Under the pieces are notes generated by a model. The model made no database searches, had not been told where the DNA came from, and saw only the letters and a program-made list of their open reading frames with translations. Below, piece by piece: positions 62,134-64,000 of a DNA stretch of 64,000 nucleotides. The translations under genes and the position numbers were made by a program. The DNA comes from Microtetraspora malaysiensis (lineage in GTDB: Bacteria > Actinomycetota > Actinomycetes > Streptosporangiales > Streptosporangiaceae). Location of the stretch: contig NZ_BBYJ01000004.1 of NCBI RefSeq assembly GCF_001528665.1, positions 310,472 through 374,471 of the forward strand, given 5' to 3'. How positions within the stretch are numbered: the stretch's first letter is position 1; each line of letters starts with the position of its first letter.

Positions 62134-62556
62134 TCATCCCGGCACCACCGCCACGGAGGCGATCTCGACCAGCAGGTCTTCACGGGCCAGCCCGGCCACC
62201 ACGCACAGGGAGTTGGCGGGATGGTCCCCCTCGGGGAACCACTCGGCGAAGACCTCGCCGATGCCGCGGCGCACGTCGGAAAGCGCCTCCCGGCTCGTGA
62301 CCATCGTGAACAGCGAGGCCAGCCCCTCCGCCGGGGTCCCTCCGGCGTCCTCGATGACGGCGGCGATGTTGCGCAGCGCCTGGACGGTCTGCCCGTACGC
62401 GTCCGGGGCGATCGTTCCGTCGGGGGCGTTGCCGACCTGCCCGGCGATGTGGAGGACGGCGCCGCCCGGCGAGACGCGCGCCGCGTGGCTGTACATGCCG
62501 AGCGGCGGGGCGATCCGGTCCGTGCTGCGCCGCTCGACCAGCACCTGCTTCCCCAT
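62134..62556 (-). CDS. RidA/YjgF-family enamine/imine deaminase
   Basis: Ribosome-binding site GGAGGAAG 4 bp before ATG 62554-56; APPLGMYSHAARV...GQTVQALRNIAAVIEDAGG...LVEIASVAVVP. Confidence 0.7.
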   Translation of the reverse strand: MGKQVLVERRSTDRIAPPLGMYSHAARVSPGGAVLHIAGQVGNAPDGTIAPDAYGQTVQALRNIAAVIEDAGGTPAEGLASLFTMVTSREALSDVRRGIGEVFAEWFPEGDHPANSLCVVAGLAREDLLVEIASVAVVPG

Positions 62557-62751
62557 GACTTCCTCCATGACCCGCTCGCTTCCGCGCACGCCGCCGTCCC
62601 GGCGACGATCTCGTCCGTGACGTCGATCAAGATACGCAATTCCGCGCCGGTCACCGTAATCGGCGGCGTGACCCGGTTTGACAACGTTGTCACCATTTCT
62701 GAAATGCGGGATGATCCGGATGTGTCAGAGACGAGACGCGGTCGCCCGACC

Positions 62752-63765
62752 ATGAACGACGTCGCCGCCGCCGCGGGGGTGGCGCTCAAGACCGTGTCGA
62801 GGGTCGTCAACAACGAGCCCGGCGTGAACGCCTCCACCGCGGAGCGGGTCCACGCCGCCATCGAGCGCCTCGGCTACCGGCGCAACGACGGCGCCAGGAC
62901 GCTGCGCCGCGGCCGCACCGCGAGCATCGGCCTGGTGATCGAGGACGTCGCCGACCCGTTCTACTCCGGCCTGAGCAGGGCGGTCGAGGACATCGCGCTC
63001 GACGAGGGCTGCCTGGTCTTCACCGGTTCGTCCGGTGAGGACCCGGCACGCGAACGCGAGCTGGTGCTCGCCTTCTGCGCCCGGCGCGTGGACGGACTGA
63101 TCATCGTGCCCGCGGGCACCGATCACGACTACCTCACCCCCGAGGTCGAGGCCGGCATCGCGGTGGCGTTCGCCGACCGGCCGCCCGGCGCGGGTCCGGA
63201 CGCCGACACGGTCGTCTGCGACAACGCCGGCGGCGCCCGCACCGGCACCGAGCATCTGCTCGCCCACGGGCACCGCCGCATCGCGTTCCTCGCCGACGCG
63301 CCGTCGATCTTCACGGCGACCGAACGGTTGCGCGGCTACCGGGAAGCCCTCGCCGCGGCCGGCCTGCCGTACGACGAGGGGCTGGTCGCGATGGGGCGGC
63401 CCGACCAGGCGCGGATACTGGCCGACCTGCGGCGCCTGCTCCGGCTCGCCGACCCTCCGACCGCGCTGTTCACCGGGAACGGCCAGATCACGGTCGCCAC
63501 CCTGCGCGCCCTCGCCGAAACCGCGGGGCCCGCGCCCACTGGCCGGGCGCCGTCGGCCGGGACGGTCGCCATCGTCGGCTTCGACGACTTCGAGCCGGCC
63601 GACCTGCTCGGCATCACGGTGATCGCGCAGGACCCGGTCGGCATGGGCCGCGCGGTGGCGGAGCTGCTCTTCCGCCGCCTGTCCGGCGAGAGCGGCCCGC
63701 CGCAGCGGCTGGAGCTGCCCACCCGCCTCGTCGTACGCGGATCGGGCGAGCGACCCCCCGCCTGA
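62752..63765 (+). CDS. LacI-family transcriptional regulator
   Basis: MNDVAAAAGVALKTVSRVVNNEPGVNASTAERVHAAIERLGYRRN HTH plus sugar-binding core; divergent from RidA/thiamine-diphosphate-enzyme/MFS genes. Confidence 0.8.
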   Translation: MNDVAAAAGVALKTVSRVVNNEPGVNASTAERVHAAIERLGYRRNDGARTLRRGRTASIGLVIEDVADPFYSGLSRAVEDIALDEGCLVFTGSSGEDPARERELVLAFCARRVDGLIIVPAGTDHDYLTPEVEAGIAVAFADRPPGAGPDADTVVCDNAGGARTGTEHLLAHGHRRIAFLADAPSIFTATERLRGYREALAAAGLPYDEGLVAMGRPDQARILADLRRLLRLADPPTALFTGNGQITVATLRALAETAGPAPTGRAPSAGTVAIVGFDDFEPADLLGITVIAQDPVGMGRAVAELLFRRLSGESGPPQRLELPTRLVVRGSGERPPA

Positions 63766-63915
63766 GGCGCCGTCCGCCGGCCCGCATCATCGGCCCTGCT
63801 CAGCATGGGGACAGCCCGCACTTCCCGCATGTGCCGGAGCAGATCAGGATCGCGCGCCGGTGGGCGGCCGCGCCGTTTCGTCGATATAGCCGTATACGAA
63901 TGATAGTATTCGGAC

Positions 63916-64000
63916 ATGCCTTTGACCGCGGTGGACAATCCACTGACCCTGCGGCTGCTCGGCCTCCTGGTGGAGCAGCCGATGCACCAATACGCGCTGG
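63916..64000 (+). CDS. PadR-family regulator, N-terminal fragment (runs off window end)
   Basis: MPLTAVDNPLTLRLLGLLVEQPMHQYAL matches PadR winged-helix N-terminus. Confidence 0.4.
   Translation, partial: MPLTAVDNPLTLRLLGLLVEQPMHQYAL

Overview
This is a very high-GC (visibly about 70% or more) actinomycete chromosomal window, Streptomyces/Streptosporangiales-like, and it is densely coding. Spurious antisense ORFs are everywhere in the six-frame track; genes were called from domain signatures, ribosome-binding sites and start/stop coupling.

Ordinary content, left to right:
- A PucR regulator, a cold-shock protein, a SARP-type regulator that looks frameshifted, and a DUF305 lipoprotein.
- A LacI regulator sitting directly behind a perfect CebR box, then a Ser/Thr kinase.
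- A carbohydrate-utilisation block: a secreted CBM-GH8 hydrolase, a GH13 alpha-glucosidase, a three-gene sugar ABC importer, and two tandemly duplicated LacI regulators.
- A tricorn-type protease, a YdbS/YdbT PH-domain pair, and a class-A beta-lactamase-like hydrolase with an internal repeat insertion.
- A KdpDE two-component system with no kdpFABC in the window, an APC transporter, a LysR/YeiH-type pair, and an AA10 lytic polysaccharide monooxygenase with a CBM5/12.
- tRNA-Lys(CTT) with its terminator, a secreted DPBB protein behind a 1.3 kb non-coding leader, an OmpR-family two-component system, and a block of small-molecule metabolism and transport genes.

Two accessory systems stand out:
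1. A complete graspetide (ATP-grasp-modified RiPP) gene cluster at about 33.8-38.6 kb on the minus strand: precursor peptide, ATP-grasp maturase, parvulin-like maturation protein, small membrane protein and C39-peptidase ABC exporter. The last four are chained by overlapping start/stop codons.
2. Immediately downstream, an NfeD-flotillin pair fused in the same orientation to a roughly 1,730-residue AAA+/coiled-coil ATPase, under an AT-rich promoter island carrying a perfect palindrome.

Also notable:
- An N6-adenine methyltransferase fused to a specificity domain, with a small kinase and a divergent PP2C phosphatase.
- Several tandem minisatellites placed on or beside stop codons.

No CRISPR array, integrase, transposase or rRNA was recognised.
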